Positions 10,305-19,548 of a stretch of 64,000 nucleotides of DNA are shown here, piece after piece. Both the position numbers and the translations under genes were made by a program. Position 1 is the stretch's first letter. Every line of letters begins with the position of its first letter. The notes beneath the pieces are model-generated. The model was not told the DNA's origin, did no database searches, and saw only the letters and a list, made by a program, of their open reading frames with translations. The DNA comes from an uncultured cyanobacterium (GTDB lineage: Bacteria > Cyanobacteriota > Cyanobacteriia > PCC-9006 > JAAUQQ01). The stretch lies in the NCBI GenBank assembly GCA_963718615.1, contig OY970368.1, positions 544,001 to 608,000 on the forward strand. Reading direction: 5' to 3'.

Positions 10305-11453
10305 CTAGACGAGGGTAGGCTGGCACAATTCGCTCGATAGCGCCTGTTCCTGCTGGCTCATCTCCATGATGCTGCCCTGAAGAATTTGGCGACAGGTCAA
10401 GCCTTGGTTGTAGAGCCGTAGCCAGCGCTGGGCTGTGTTGCCCTGGTCCAGAATCGTCTTGAGCGGCGAGAGGAAACAGCGGAACCCTTGCTCCTCGGCG
10501 ATCGGCAATAATTCGGCATAGAGGCTGCGGATCCAGTCCTTGGCAATAATTTTTCGCCCATCCTCCCAGTGACGCAGCGTCGCATCCAGACTATCCTTGG
10601 CCACCGCCATTTCGTTGGCCGTGGCGATCGCCAGCAAATCCTCAGCGCGGTGACTCGCGGGTAGGCGACTGCACTCCAGCGGGTCAAGCCCCGGATCGGC
10701 CAAAAGCTGATGGAGTCGAGCTTCTAACAAGGCTGTAATGGCCAGCAGCGAGAGGGGATCCGTGACCAAATCACAGATCCGCAGTTCGAGGCGGTTGAGG
10801 TCGTAGGGACGGCGATCGCCATTGGGCCGCACCGACACCCACAAATGCCGCACATTCTGCATGGTGCCTAGTTCGAGCTGCCGTTCCACCCAGCGAATAT
10901 GGTCGATATGGCTTTCAAACAGGGGCACCTGGTCCGGCGTTTGGGGAAACATCTGCCAGCGGGTGGAGTGATATCCCGTTGGCAGACCATCCAAAAAGGG
11001 AGACGAAGCACTCAGGGCCAAATACAGCGGGGCTTCCAGCCGCAGCAACCGACAGGCCCGCATTAGCGCTTCGGGGTCATCGATGCCCACATTGATGTGG
11101 ATACTGGCGGTGACAACGCGGGTGCCGTAGGTCTGTTCGATGTAGTCGTGATAGGGATGGGATGGGTCGGAGCGAAAAAAGCGGTGGCTATCCCCCAAGG
11201 AAAGCGTGCTGCCGGGCAAGATGGTGTAGTCCCCGAGGGATTTGAGATAGCGGCGGAGCTGAAGTCGAGGCGTTACCAGGTCGCAGAGTAGTCGATCGTA
11301 GCGATCGCGAGGCGGCGTAATGTATTCGACATTGCGACTGTCCGGCTCCTTCACAAAATTGGGGAGATCTGCCGTAATACGATCGGACAGACCCACGATG
11401 TCACCATCGGGCGTGCCAGTGTAGGCTTCGACTTCAAATCCTTTTAACAGCAC
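10305..11453 (-). CDS. gshA: Glutamate--cysteine ligase (cyanobacterial type)
   Basis: KGFEVE, EPDSRNVEY, TASIHINVG, ASSPFLDG, NVRHLWVSVRPNG, LNRLELRICD. Confidence 0.92.
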   Translation of the reverse strand: MLLKGFEVEAYTGTPDGDIVGLSDRITADLPNFVKEPDSRNVEYITPPRDRYDRLLCDLVTPRLQLRRYLKSLGDYTILPGSTLSLGDSHRFFRSDPSHPYHDYIEQTYGTRVVTASIHINVGIDDPEALMRACRLLRLEAPLYLALSASSPFLDGLPTGYHSTRWQMFPQTPDQVPLFESHIDHIRWVERQLELGTMQNVRHLWVSVRPNGDRRPYDLNRLELRICDLVTDPLSLLAITALLEARLHQLLADPGLDPLECSRLPASHRAEDLLAIATANEMAVAKDSLDATLRHWEDGRKIIAKDWIRSLYAELLPIAEEQGFRCFLSPLKTILDQGNTAQRWLRLYNQGLTCRQILQGSIMEMSQQEQALSSELCQPTLV

Positions 11454-11556
11454 CGCATGATCCTCGTTAACTGCGAAGTGAATAGGGAGGGAAAGTGAAT
11501 CGGGACAGCAACCGTAGGATGAAGGGCGTTCATCCCCAGAAACGGGCCTAAACGCT

Positions 11557-11958
11557 CTAGCCCTCTTTTTGATTTTGCAAACGCTCCAGCTCTTCCCGCA
11601 GGGCAGCCACCTGAGCGGTTAGCGCTTTCAGATCTGCTTCTATCTCTAAATTGGCAGAGGGCACAACCGCCACCGTAGTATCCACGGTTTTGTAGCCAGC
11701 CCCCGGTGCGCCAGTCCAGCCCTGCTGAGCCAGCCAAGCATCAACAAAACTGCGGGCTTCCTGTTCGGTCACCGCGCCTTTGGCTTCCCATTCCTGGGCC
11801 AGTTGGTCAAAGTCGGTGGTGAGCTTGCGCATCGTTTCATCCCATTTGCGGGAGTCTTGCACACTCTCGACGAGCGAGGTCGTTGCGCCGAGGGCTGTAT
11901 GGAAGCCCTTTTGCAAAGTTGCGGTCAACGGGTCGGGATTCATAGCGCCTGATTCCAT
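11557..11958 (-). CDS. Conserved cyanobacterial hypothetical coiled-coil protein
   Basis: LQKGF..LGAT..LVE, KG..TEQEARSFVD, C-terminal LTAQVAALREEL; start may be ATG 11943. Confidence 0.7.
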   Translation of the reverse strand: MESGAMNPDPLTATLQKGFHTALGATTSLVESVQDSRKWDETMRKLTTDFDQLAQEWEAKGAVTEQEARSFVDAWLAQQGWTGAPGAGYKTVDTTVAVVPSANLEIEADLKALTAQVAALREELERLQNQKEG

Positions 11959-12030
11959 GAAAGCTGGTTCGATCTTATCGCACCCGCCCAGAGTCGGGCT
12001 TTACGGAAACTACAACTGGTTTGATTCAAT

Positions 12031-12369
12031 TCAAATTTGCTCTAAAAACAGGTTGAGGTCTTCGATCACACGGGTGAGCTCCGCTTCCGTACTCAGACGA
12101 ATCCGCTCATCCCGCAGGGTTACTAGCAGCTTGGCCGCAAAGGGGCTCGGCCAAATATTGGGATTGCAAAACAGCTCCAGGAATACCTCGCCTCGGTGAC
12201 AGTATTCCATGGCAGGCTGAGGTGAGGCCTTTTTGCCAGTCCCGGCGGCGGCGACGGCTTTGAGTCCGGTCATGAGGTCGTTCAGGGCAGTCTTGAGGTC
12301 CTGGGCCGCGTCCGGCGGGAAGGCAAAACTAACGGAGCCAGTTTCCAGATTAAGGGTGAGTTGAGTCAT
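12031..12369 (-). CDS. Conserved cyanobacterial hypothetical protein
   Basis: LNLETGSVSF...VFLELFCNPNIWPSPFAAKLLVTLRDERIRLSTEAEL. Confidence 0.75.
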   Translation of the reverse strand: MTQLTLNLETGSVSFAFPPDAAQDLKTALNDLMTGLKAVAAAGTGKKASPQPAMEYCHRGEVFLELFCNPNIWPSPFAAKLLVTLRDERIRLSTEAELTRVIEDLNLFLEQI

Positions 12370-12561
12370 GGGAATATTGCTAGGGGATAAACGATGGGGA
12401 TAACTCGGGGAGTGCTTGGGGGAAATCGCCCGTCTCTAACTAGATTGTCTGTGAAGATTGTCAACCCGTGCGGTCATCCCCGGATAAGATACGGATTCAC
12501 ACCATTCTCGAACGTAGGTCTCTAGATAAAATTGAAGCGGCCAGGAGCGAGGGAAGACGCC

Positions 12562-14109
12562 ATGGGGATTGACGAACAACTATCCAAATTGCTCAAGCGA
12601 CCGGTGTTGACCGGGGGTTTGGGGTTGGCGACCGGACTTTGGGTTTTGAATAGTTTGGGCAATAGCCTGGGCGGTTCGGCGTCCCACGGGGATGGCTTTG
12701 GCTTGACAGGAACTGTGGCGATCGCCGCTGGGGTCTGGTGGCTTCATCGCCGGTCGCAAGCGACACCCAACCTCGACCTGCCCGCGCTCCATCCGTCTCA
12801 ACTCAATCGGGCCGATGTGGAACAGGCGATCGCCCAAACCCAACTCACCCTCGATCAACTCGGTGCGGAACTGGCCCCCGACAATCAGCAGCTTATTCCC
12901 GCCGAGATTTTTCCTAAGCTCCACAATACCCTGGCTCAATTGACCGCCGAACTCGATCGCCAAGACCTGCGCCTGGGCGTAGTTGGAAGCCAAGGAGTGG
13001 GCAAAACGACGCTGCTGGAAGTCTTGGCGCAACAGTGGAAACCCGAGTCAGTCAGCAAACTTCAGCTCCTTGATACCCCGCCCCTCTTTCGAGCCCTTAC
13101 CCTTGCCCGTTCCACGGACCCAGCCCTAGAGTCAGGACTCGACTGGAGCATTCCCCAGGGAGTTTTGGAGGCCGACGCCGTGCTTTTTGTCACCGCAGGG
13201 GACCTAGCCGATACGGAGTTTCGCTGCTTGCGGTGGCTCCAGCCCCAGGTTTCACGCCTTTTTGTTGTGCTCAATAAACAGGATCAGCGGTTGCCCCAGG
13301 AGCAGGCCCTGCTAGTGGGACGATTGCGATCGCACCTCAAAGACATCCTCCCAGCCGGAGATGTGGTGGCGATCGCGGCCAAGCCCTCCCCTCTCACGGT
13401 TATTCAACCCCAGGCCGATGGTTCGGTGCGGCAGGAGCAGGTGATTCAGGAGGCGAATTTGGCGCTGTTGAGCGATCGCCTCAATCAGTTGTTGATCGAA
13501 GAACCCGTGCAGCCCTTGATTTGGCAAACGGTAAAAACGCGGGCCGAACAGCTCGAAGCCGAAGCCAAGGACTGGCTCAATACCCTGCGCCGCGCCAAGT
13601 CGATGAAAGTTGTTGAGCAATATCAATGGGTTTCCGCAGGGGCTGCGTTTGTCAATCCGCTCCCGAGTTTGGATCTGTTGGCCACGGCGGCGGTGAGCAG
13701 TCAACTGATTCTGGATCTCTCGAAGATTTATCAGCAGCCGCTTTCGGTGGAGCATGCCAAGACCCTGGCGATCGCCCTCGCTGAGATGCTAATCAAACTC
13801 GGCCTGGTGGAAGTTTCCACCCAGCTTTTGGGCACCGTTCTCAAAACCAACGGCCTTACCTACGTCGCCGGGGGCATGATCCAAGGGGCCAGTGCCGCCT
13901 ATCTAACGCGGGTGGTGGGATTGAGTTTGATGGACTATTTCCAAGAGCTCGCGATCACAGGCGAAGCCCCAGAACCCCAGACGCTGGAGCGGCTCAAGCA
14001 AGCTTTACAAAAAACGTTTCAAGCCAGCCGTCAAACCAATCTGGTGCAGGTCTTGGCGATGCAGGCGTTGCAGCGCCTCAAGCCCGAGAAGGAGTTTGTC
14101 GGCAGTTAG
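12562..14109 (+). CDS. YcjF/DUF697-domain P-loop GTPase-like membrane protein
   Basis: GSQGVGKTT, DTP, NKQD motifs; C-terminal QYQW.SAGAAFVNPLPSLDLLATAA; N-terminal TM segments. Confidence 0.8.
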   Translation: MGIDEQLSKLLKRPVLTGGLGLATGLWVLNSLGNSLGGSASHGDGFGLTGTVAIAAGVWWLHRRSQATPNLDLPALHPSQLNRADVEQAIAQTQLTLDQLGAELAPDNQQLIPAEIFPKLHNTLAQLTAELDRQDLRLGVVGSQGVGKTTLLEVLAQQWKPESVSKLQLLDTPPLFRALTLARSTDPALESGLDWSIPQGVLEADAVLFVTAGDLADTEFRCLRWLQPQVSRLFVVLNKQDQRLPQEQALLVGRLRSHLKDILPAGDVVAIAAKPSPLTVIQPQADGSVRQEQVIQEANLALLSDRLNQLLIEEPVQPLIWQTVKTRAEQLEAEAKDWLNTLRRAKSMKVVEQYQWVSAGAAFVNPLPSLDLLATAAVSSQLILDLSKIYQQPLSVEHAKTLAIALAEMLIKLGLVEVSTQLLGTVLKTNGLTYVAGGMIQGASAAYLTRVVGLSLMDYFQELAITGEAPEPQTLERLKQALQKTFQASRQTNLVQVLAMQALQRLKPEKEFVGS

Positions 14110-14230
14110 GGTTTTGTTTTCGATTGAGATTTTTCGACATCGCGGCGGTATCTCTGCATAAAGGTTAGGCGATCGCCCTAGAAATGGTGGAGCACAGGCT
14201 CACAGCTAACCAATCTTCTAGGTAAACACC

Positions 14231-15163
14231 ATGACTTTTATTCCAGGAACCAACGTCAACGATGTTCTCAACGGTAGCGGTCTCAGCGATGTCATCTATG
14301 GTTATGGCGGCAACGATGTGATTTCCGGTGGCGGCGGTCAAGATTATATGGATGGCGGCAGCGGCATCGATACCGTCGACTACACCTACTGGAACGGCGG
14401 TGGCACCTACAACCTGAGCACAGGTGTTGCCAGCTTTGTCGGCTTCTACAACGAAACCATTCTCAACTTTGAAAACATCAATACCGGAGCCGGTAACGAT
14501 GTGATTTACGGTTCTGCTCTCGCCAACGTCATCAAAGCGGGTGCAGGCAATGACTCCATCTATGCCGGTGCAGGCAATGATTCGCTTTACGGCGAAGCTG
14601 GCAATGACTATATGGATGGCTGGACCGGCGATGACTACATGGATGGTGGCGCTGGTAATGACACCATGTACGGCTACACCGGCAATGACTATATGGATGG
14701 CTGGACCGGTAACGACTCCATGTATGGCGAAGACGGTAATGACACGCTGCTCGGCTATTCCGGCGATGACTACCTCAGCGGCGGCAATGGCAATGACACG
14801 CTGAAGGGCGAAGCTGGGAACGACAAACTTTTTGGCGGCGCGGGGGCAGACAAGCTCTATGGCTCTGTTTCCACGGCGATGAATACCTATGAATATGACG
14901 AGATGACCGGCGGCGCGGGGGCAGATGTCTTTGTTCTGGGAGCTTCCTATGGCAGCTTCTATCAAGGAGCAGGATATGCCACACTCAAGGATTTCCATTG
15001 GGGTGAAGGCGACAAGATTCAGGTGTATGGTTCAACCAGTAACTACACGCTGAATCAGTCCTGGGATGGCAGCAAGTGGAACACGGATATTCTCAAGAAT
15101 GGGGATTTGATCGGGGTTGCCCAAGGAGCCTATGTGATCCAGGCAGACTTGGTTGTGGCCTAG
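14231..15163 (+). CDS. RTX/hemolysin-type calcium-binding repeat protein
   Basis: Many GGxGxD-type nonapeptides (GAGNDSIYA, GEAGNDYMDG, GGNGNDTLKG, GGAGADKLYG); GGAGADVFVL...DF..GEGDKIQ C-terminal region. Confidence 0.9.
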   Translation: MTFIPGTNVNDVLNGSGLSDVIYGYGGNDVISGGGGQDYMDGGSGIDTVDYTYWNGGGTYNLSTGVASFVGFYNETILNFENINTGAGNDVIYGSALANVIKAGAGNDSIYAGAGNDSLYGEAGNDYMDGWTGDDYMDGGAGNDTMYGYTGNDYMDGWTGNDSMYGEDGNDTLLGYSGDDYLSGGNGNDTLKGEAGNDKLFGGAGADKLYGSVSTAMNTYEYDEMTGGAGADVFVLGASYGSFYQGAGYATLKDFHWGEGDKIQVYGSTSNYTLNQSWDGSKWNTDILKNGDLIGVAQGAYVIQADLVVA

Positions 15164-15188
15164 AGGAGGTCTAAGACCGGTTCCGCAA

Positions 15189-15227
15189 TCAGTTCTGAGA
15201 TTCAGTTCTGAGATTCGGTTCTAAGAA
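15189..15227. repeat. 13-bp tandem repeat TCAGTTCTGAGAT x3 downstream of the RTX gene
   Basis: tcagttctgagat / tcagttctgagat / tcggttctaagaa. Confidence 0.75.
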
Positions 15228-15287
15228 ATCGCCCCCCTTATTCCTCACCCTGAGGGCAGGGGGGTGAGAATGTCTTAAACGCCACCC

Positions 15288-15974
15288 TTAGGCATAAAGC
15301 AAATCGTACTGGGGCAGGGTTTCTGTCTCGGCGAGGCCCGCCACAACCCAGTCCTGCAAAGCCGGTAGGGCTAAAATCACATCCCGATATTGGGCCTCCA
15401 GTGGGCTTAATTCAACGTCATAGGTGATAAATCTCAGGGCAACGGGGGCATACATGGCATCGGCGATCGAAAAGGCTCCACACAAAAACTCACCCGATTC
15501 CCCAAACCGCGATCGACAATCCGTCCAAATCTGCCGCACCCGCGCAATATCCGACTCGCTCTCCGGCGTCCGCCCTTTCCCCGGAAAACGGGCTTTGCAG
15601 TTCATCGGCATCTGTTGCCGCAACGCCAAGAAGCCTGAATGCATTTCGGCACTGATACAGCGCGCCACCGTCCTTGCTTCTAGGGTTTCAGGCCACCAAA
15701 ATTTCTCCGCATCCCGCTCTGCCAAGTACTCCAGAATCGCCAAGGAATCCCAGATGAGGCGATCGCCATCCTGCAAAATCGGCACCCGCCCTGCCGGAGA
15801 ATATTCGCAAATCACTGCCGCCGAACCTGGCTGATAGAGCGGAATCCGGATCTCTTCAAACTCCACCCCCATTTGCTTCATCGCCAACCAGGGGCGCAGG
15901 GACCAGGACGAGTAGTTTTTATTGCCAATCATCAGCGTCAGCATTGCATCGTTTTCCATTGCATCGTTTTCCAT
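15288..15974 (-). CDS. Glutathione S-transferase family protein
   Basis: IGNKNYSSWSLRPWL, SPAGRVPIL, WDSLAILEYLAE, AEMHSGF, FSIADAMYAPV; three possible in-frame starts (15974, 15959, 15944). Confidence 0.92.
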   Translation of the reverse strand: MENDAMENDAMLTLMIGNKNYSSWSLRPWLAMKQMGVEFEEIRIPLYQPGSAAVICEYSPAGRVPILQDGDRLIWDSLAILEYLAERDAEKFWWPETLEARTVARCISAEMHSGFLALRQQMPMNCKARFPGKGRTPESESDIARVRQIWTDCRSRFGESGEFLCGAFSIADAMYAPVALRFITYDVELSPLEAQYRDVILALPALQDWVVAGLAETETLPQYDLLYA

Positions 15975-15986
15975 TGCATCGTTCTC
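15942..15986. repeat. 15-bp tandem repeat x3 spanning the GST translation start
   Basis: cattgcatcgttttc x2 plus cattgcatcgttctc; encodes MENDA-MENDA-M on the minus strand. Confidence 0.9.
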
Positions 15987-16159
15987 CCAGAAGGCTTTCA
16001 GTCCCCGTCACCTTAATCAGTCTGGCCTCTGGCAATCAAGCGATCGCCCGCATCCTATCCATCAGTTTCATTCATAGCTTTCATTCAAGCGCCCCGTTTC
16101 TCTCCTTCCTGCGCTCCACTATGCTGAGAATGCGCCCTATCTCATGCGTTGCCCGCCCC

Positions 16160-17092
16160 ATGAACCTCTCCCAAATCCGCGCCGTGATTGCCGTCGCTGA
16201 GCAGAAAAACTTCAGCGCGGCTGCCCTGGAATTGGGTCTTTCGCAATCCGCAGTCAGCCACGCGATCGCCACTTTAGAACAGGAACTGGGTGTGACGTTG
16301 TTTAGTCGCGGTCGGTATGGAGCGGTGTTAACGCCAGCGGGCGATCGCATTGTTCAGCAAGCCCGCTTGGTCCTCAATCATTTAAATAACATGACCCTCG
16401 AAGCCTATAAACATCGAGGGTTGGAGGGTGGGGAGGTTCGTGTCGCCACCTTTCGCAGCGTTGCCACCCATCTGTTACCTCAGGTGATTGTCCAGTTTAA
16501 CCAGCAGTTCCCCGACATTACGGTCACGCTCATTGAGCGGGAACATTACATCGCGATCGAGCATTGTCTACGCCATGGAGAAGCTGATATTGGCTTTACC
16601 TATCACACCGCAGAAACGAACGATTTAGAAACTTTTGAAGTTATTCACGACGAATACCTTGCCCTTTTCCCACCGACAATTCAGGCTCCCCCGGAAAGAC
16701 TAACCTGGGAAGATTTTACAACGATGCCAATTTTACTGGTTCCTTGTTTACCCTGCGGAATCGGTCTGCATCAGCACCTCACGCAACATGCTCCGCAGTT
16801 AGCCACGAATAGTTCCATTCGAGAAGACTCGACTGCTGTTAGCATGATCCACCGAGGGCTCGCCATCGGCATTTTTCCTTGGCTGGCAGCAGAACCAATT
16901 CCCCCCGTAATTCACCGCCGTTCGCTTCCCGTCCCTCATAAGCGAGTCATCATTGCAGCCCGCGTAATCGATCGGCTTCATTCTCCTGCAGTTTTTGCCT
17001 TTTGGGAAGAATTGCAGCGTCATGCTCCGTTTCCCCATCGATTATTAGCATCCCAGGGCCCTATCGAACCTCATCCCATCAAACTAAATTGA
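16160..17092 (+). CDS. LysR family transcriptional regulator
   Basis: MNLSQIRAVIAVAEQKNFSAAALELGLSQSAVSHAIATLEQELGVTLFSR HTH; divergent from the GST gene; true start ATG 16160. Confidence 0.93.
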   Translation: MNLSQIRAVIAVAEQKNFSAAALELGLSQSAVSHAIATLEQELGVTLFSRGRYGAVLTPAGDRIVQQARLVLNHLNNMTLEAYKHRGLEGGEVRVATFRSVATHLLPQVIVQFNQQFPDITVTLIEREHYIAIEHCLRHGEADIGFTYHTAETNDLETFEVIHDEYLALFPPTIQAPPERLTWEDFTTMPILLVPCLPCGIGLHQHLTQHAPQLATNSSIREDSTAVSMIHRGLAIGIFPWLAAEPIPPVIHRRSLPVPHKRVIIAARVIDRLHSPAVFAFWEELQRHAPFPHRLLASQGPIEPHPIKLN

Positions 17093-18557
17093 AATCCTCT
17101 AGTCGAATTCGTTTGACTTGTCGAGCATATTTCCAGGTAAAATCAGGCCAGTTATTAATCACTTTACCCGATTCATTTTTGTACCAGCTTTGACAGCTAG
17201 AGCTCCACACCAGTCGCTGCATATCCTCTTGTAGCTTGGCGTTATGGTTGGCCATCACCTCTGACTTAACATCTAAATATTTTAGATTTTTTTGCTTGAT
17301 GAGCTGTAGCAATTGAACAATATAGTCAACCTGTTTTTCAATCATATAAACAATTGAACTATGCCCTAATCCCGTATTCGGCCCAAAGAGCAGAAAGAAA
17401 TTAGGAAAACCAGAAACCATCATGCCAAAATAAGCCTCTGGACCCATTTTCCAAGCCTGGGAAAGCATTTTTCCAGCCACCCCTTCTAGCTGGATGGGAT
17501 GCAAAAATGCATTAGATTTAAAGCCTGTACCAAAAATAATCACATCCACAGGATACTGCTTACCATCCGCTGTAATAATTTCCTTTGGAGTGACTTTGGC
17601 TATCCCATGACTAATGACCTCAACAGTTGGTCGGGCTAAAACTTCATAATAATCATTGGAAAGCAAGATCCGTTTACAGCCAACGGTATATTCGGGTAAT
17701 AACGAATCGTCAAGATTTACTTTTTTTAGTCGACTTAAGATTTTCTGAGTTAGCCTTTGCTGAAATAGTTTTCCGGAAAGCGTCCCCTGGAGAAAAACTC
17801 TAAATCGCATCTCTAAGGTCCAATAAATCCAAAAACGGCGCAGCGCTGGAGCCCAAGGAAAATGATGATTCAACCACTGCTCAACGGACGAGAAGTTATT
17901 GTTGCCTTTTGTCGCAACCCACTGGGGCGATCGCTGAAAAATATAGGTTTTAGCCGCTTTTTCCGCAACCGGGGGAACAAATTGAACGGCACTAGCCGCA
18001 TTACCCACCACAGCCACCGTTTTGCCCTGCAAATCACATTGATGATCCCAGCGCGCTGAATGAAACTGAGTTCCGGCAAATTGGTTCAATCCTTCGATGG
18101 CAGGTATGGAAGGATGATGCAGTTGTCCACAGGCCGAAACCAAAAACTTGGTGTAAAAGATTTGCCCCTGAGAGGTTATCACTTGCCATTGACCATCCGT
18201 CTCTTGAAAAACCGCTTGAGCAATTTCAGTTTTAAACTTGATATGGGCATAGAGCCCATATTTGCTGGCACAATGTTCCAAATACTCTAGAATTTCAGCC
18301 TGCTCGGCATAGCGAAATGACCAATCTTTCTTTTGCTCAAAGGAGTAGGAGTACAAAAAAGAAGGCACATCACAGGCAGAACCTGGATAATGATTATCTC
18401 GCCAAGTTCCTCCAACTCGGCTTTCCTTCTCGCAGATTATAAAATTATCGATCCCTGCTTGCTTCAGACGAATGCCCATGCATAAACCAGCAAACCCAGA
18501 ACCAATAACAACAGCATCTAGAGTACTGATTGAACTAGTAGAGTCATTAGAAATCAT
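17079..18557 (-). CDS. Type I Baeyer-Villiger-type flavin monooxygenase
   Basis: GSGFAG FAD motif, GGTWRDNHYPGSACD, fingerprint FAGTQFHSARWD (FxGxxxHxxxW), VGNAASA NADPH motif, GCKR. Confidence 0.9.
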   Translation of the reverse strand: MISNDSTSSISTLDAVVIGSGFAGLCMGIRLKQAGIDNFIICEKESRVGGTWRDNHYPGSACDVPSFLYSYSFEQKKDWSFRYAEQAEILEYLEHCASKYGLYAHIKFKTEIAQAVFQETDGQWQVITSQGQIFYTKFLVSACGQLHHPSIPAIEGLNQFAGTQFHSARWDHQCDLQGKTVAVVGNAASAVQFVPPVAEKAAKTYIFQRSPQWVATKGNNNFSSVEQWLNHHFPWAPALRRFWIYWTLEMRFRVFLQGTLSGKLFQQRLTQKILSRLKKVNLDDSLLPEYTVGCKRILLSNDYYEVLARPTVEVISHGIAKVTPKEIITADGKQYPVDVIIFGTGFKSNAFLHPIQLEGVAGKMLSQAWKMGPEAYFGMMVSGFPNFFLLFGPNTGLGHSSIVYMIEKQVDYIVQLLQLIKQKNLKYLDVKSEVMANHNAKLQEDMQRLVWSSSCQSWYKNESGKVINNWPDFTWKYARQVKRIRLEDFNLV

Positions 18558-18591
18558 GAATAAATATAGATCCTAGTAAAGATTTAGCGCG

Positions 18592-19488
18592 TCAATTCGA
18601 TGGATCAGAGGGAAACTCGGTCATCAACCAATCCACTAACAGCTTTTGGTATGTTTCTGTACATTCTGCAAAAAACATATGACCCACCCCCGGCAATAAC
18701 GTTAAGGTCGTATTCGGAACCTCCTGAGCGATCGCCAGGGCCTGTTGCATCGGGATAAGAGGGTCTTGCTCACCCGCAACAACAGCCAATGGGGCCTGAA
18801 TCTTTTGCAACAAAGGGCCAATATCCATCTCTCTCAGCCCCGCAAACAAATAGAGCAAATGATCTAAATTGTGCCGAGCTGCATCAAGTCGCATAGGCTC
18901 TAAGGTTTCTGACAAGACGGAAGCCTTAAAATAAGCACGACGGTTCGCTGCATTCAAGGCAGATGCAATTCGGTATCTGCGCGAATTAGAGGCACCAAAA
19001 CGGAGGATCCCCTTAAATAATAAACGACCCGGCAGAGGACCACAAGCTAGCTTTTGTAAAAAACCAAACAAGCCAGTCCAGGCTCCCTGATAAAACCCTG
19101 AAATGCAGAGGACAGAGCGAATTTGCTGGGGTCTCAGAGCTGCCAAAAGCAAGGCAGCAAAGGCTCCTGTAGAATGGCCCACGACCATAACGGGCTGATT
19201 ACCTACAAGCTGACCAATCGCCGTGCCTAAAACCTGTGCAAACATTTCCGGTGTCACACGGGCTGGGCCGAAGTCCTCGGGAGCGATCGCCGGAAAATGT
19301 CCAGGCAAACTCAGGGAGTACCAAGGATAGTTCTGCCGAATTTCTGCCGGTAGACTCGGGGGCCAAAAGTGGATCGAAGCCGTGATGCCATGTAAAAAAA
19401 TAATGGGAGGACCAGGCTTGCTGGGGTTGCCCGCGATCGCGACCAAGCGATGTTTTTCTACTTCCAACTCGATAAGATGCTGTTCCAT
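18592..19488 (-). CDS. Alpha/beta-fold hydrolase (esterase-like)
   Basis: FLHGI oxyanion motif, GHSTG nucleophile elbow, GEQD acid, GVGH His. Confidence 0.88.
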   Translation of the reverse strand: MEQHLIELEVEKHRLVAIAGNPSKPGPPIIFLHGITASIHFWPPSLPAEIRQNYPWYSLSLPGHFPAIAPEDFGPARVTPEMFAQVLGTAIGQLVGNQPVMVVGHSTGAFAALLLAALRPQQIRSVLCISGFYQGAWTGLFGFLQKLACGPLPGRLLFKGILRFGASNSRRYRIASALNAANRRAYFKASVLSETLEPMRLDAARHNLDHLLYLFAGLREMDIGPLLQKIQAPLAVVAGEQDPLIPMQQALAIAQEVPNTTLTLLPGVGHMFFAECTETYQKLLVDWLMTEFPSDPSN

Positions 19489-19548
19489 CGGGATTTAGTG
19501 CCAATCTAAGATAATAGAAAAACGCTCACGGATCCCTATTGTGAGACC

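Noticed and set aside
14165-14998. 277-aa minus-strand ORF
   Set aside because: Antisense shadow of the repetitive RTX gene; no independent motifs.
15944-16159. 72-aa N-terminal extension of LysR; similar extensions on purM, the ferritin-like gene and GT1
   Set aside because: Family homology starts at downstream ATGs; the extensions read through intergenic or repeat DNA.
16160-17092. LysR as the cluster's pathway regulator
   Set aside because: It is divergent from the GST gene (typical LysR target layout) and only abuts the cluster tail-to-tail; nothing links it to the cluster.
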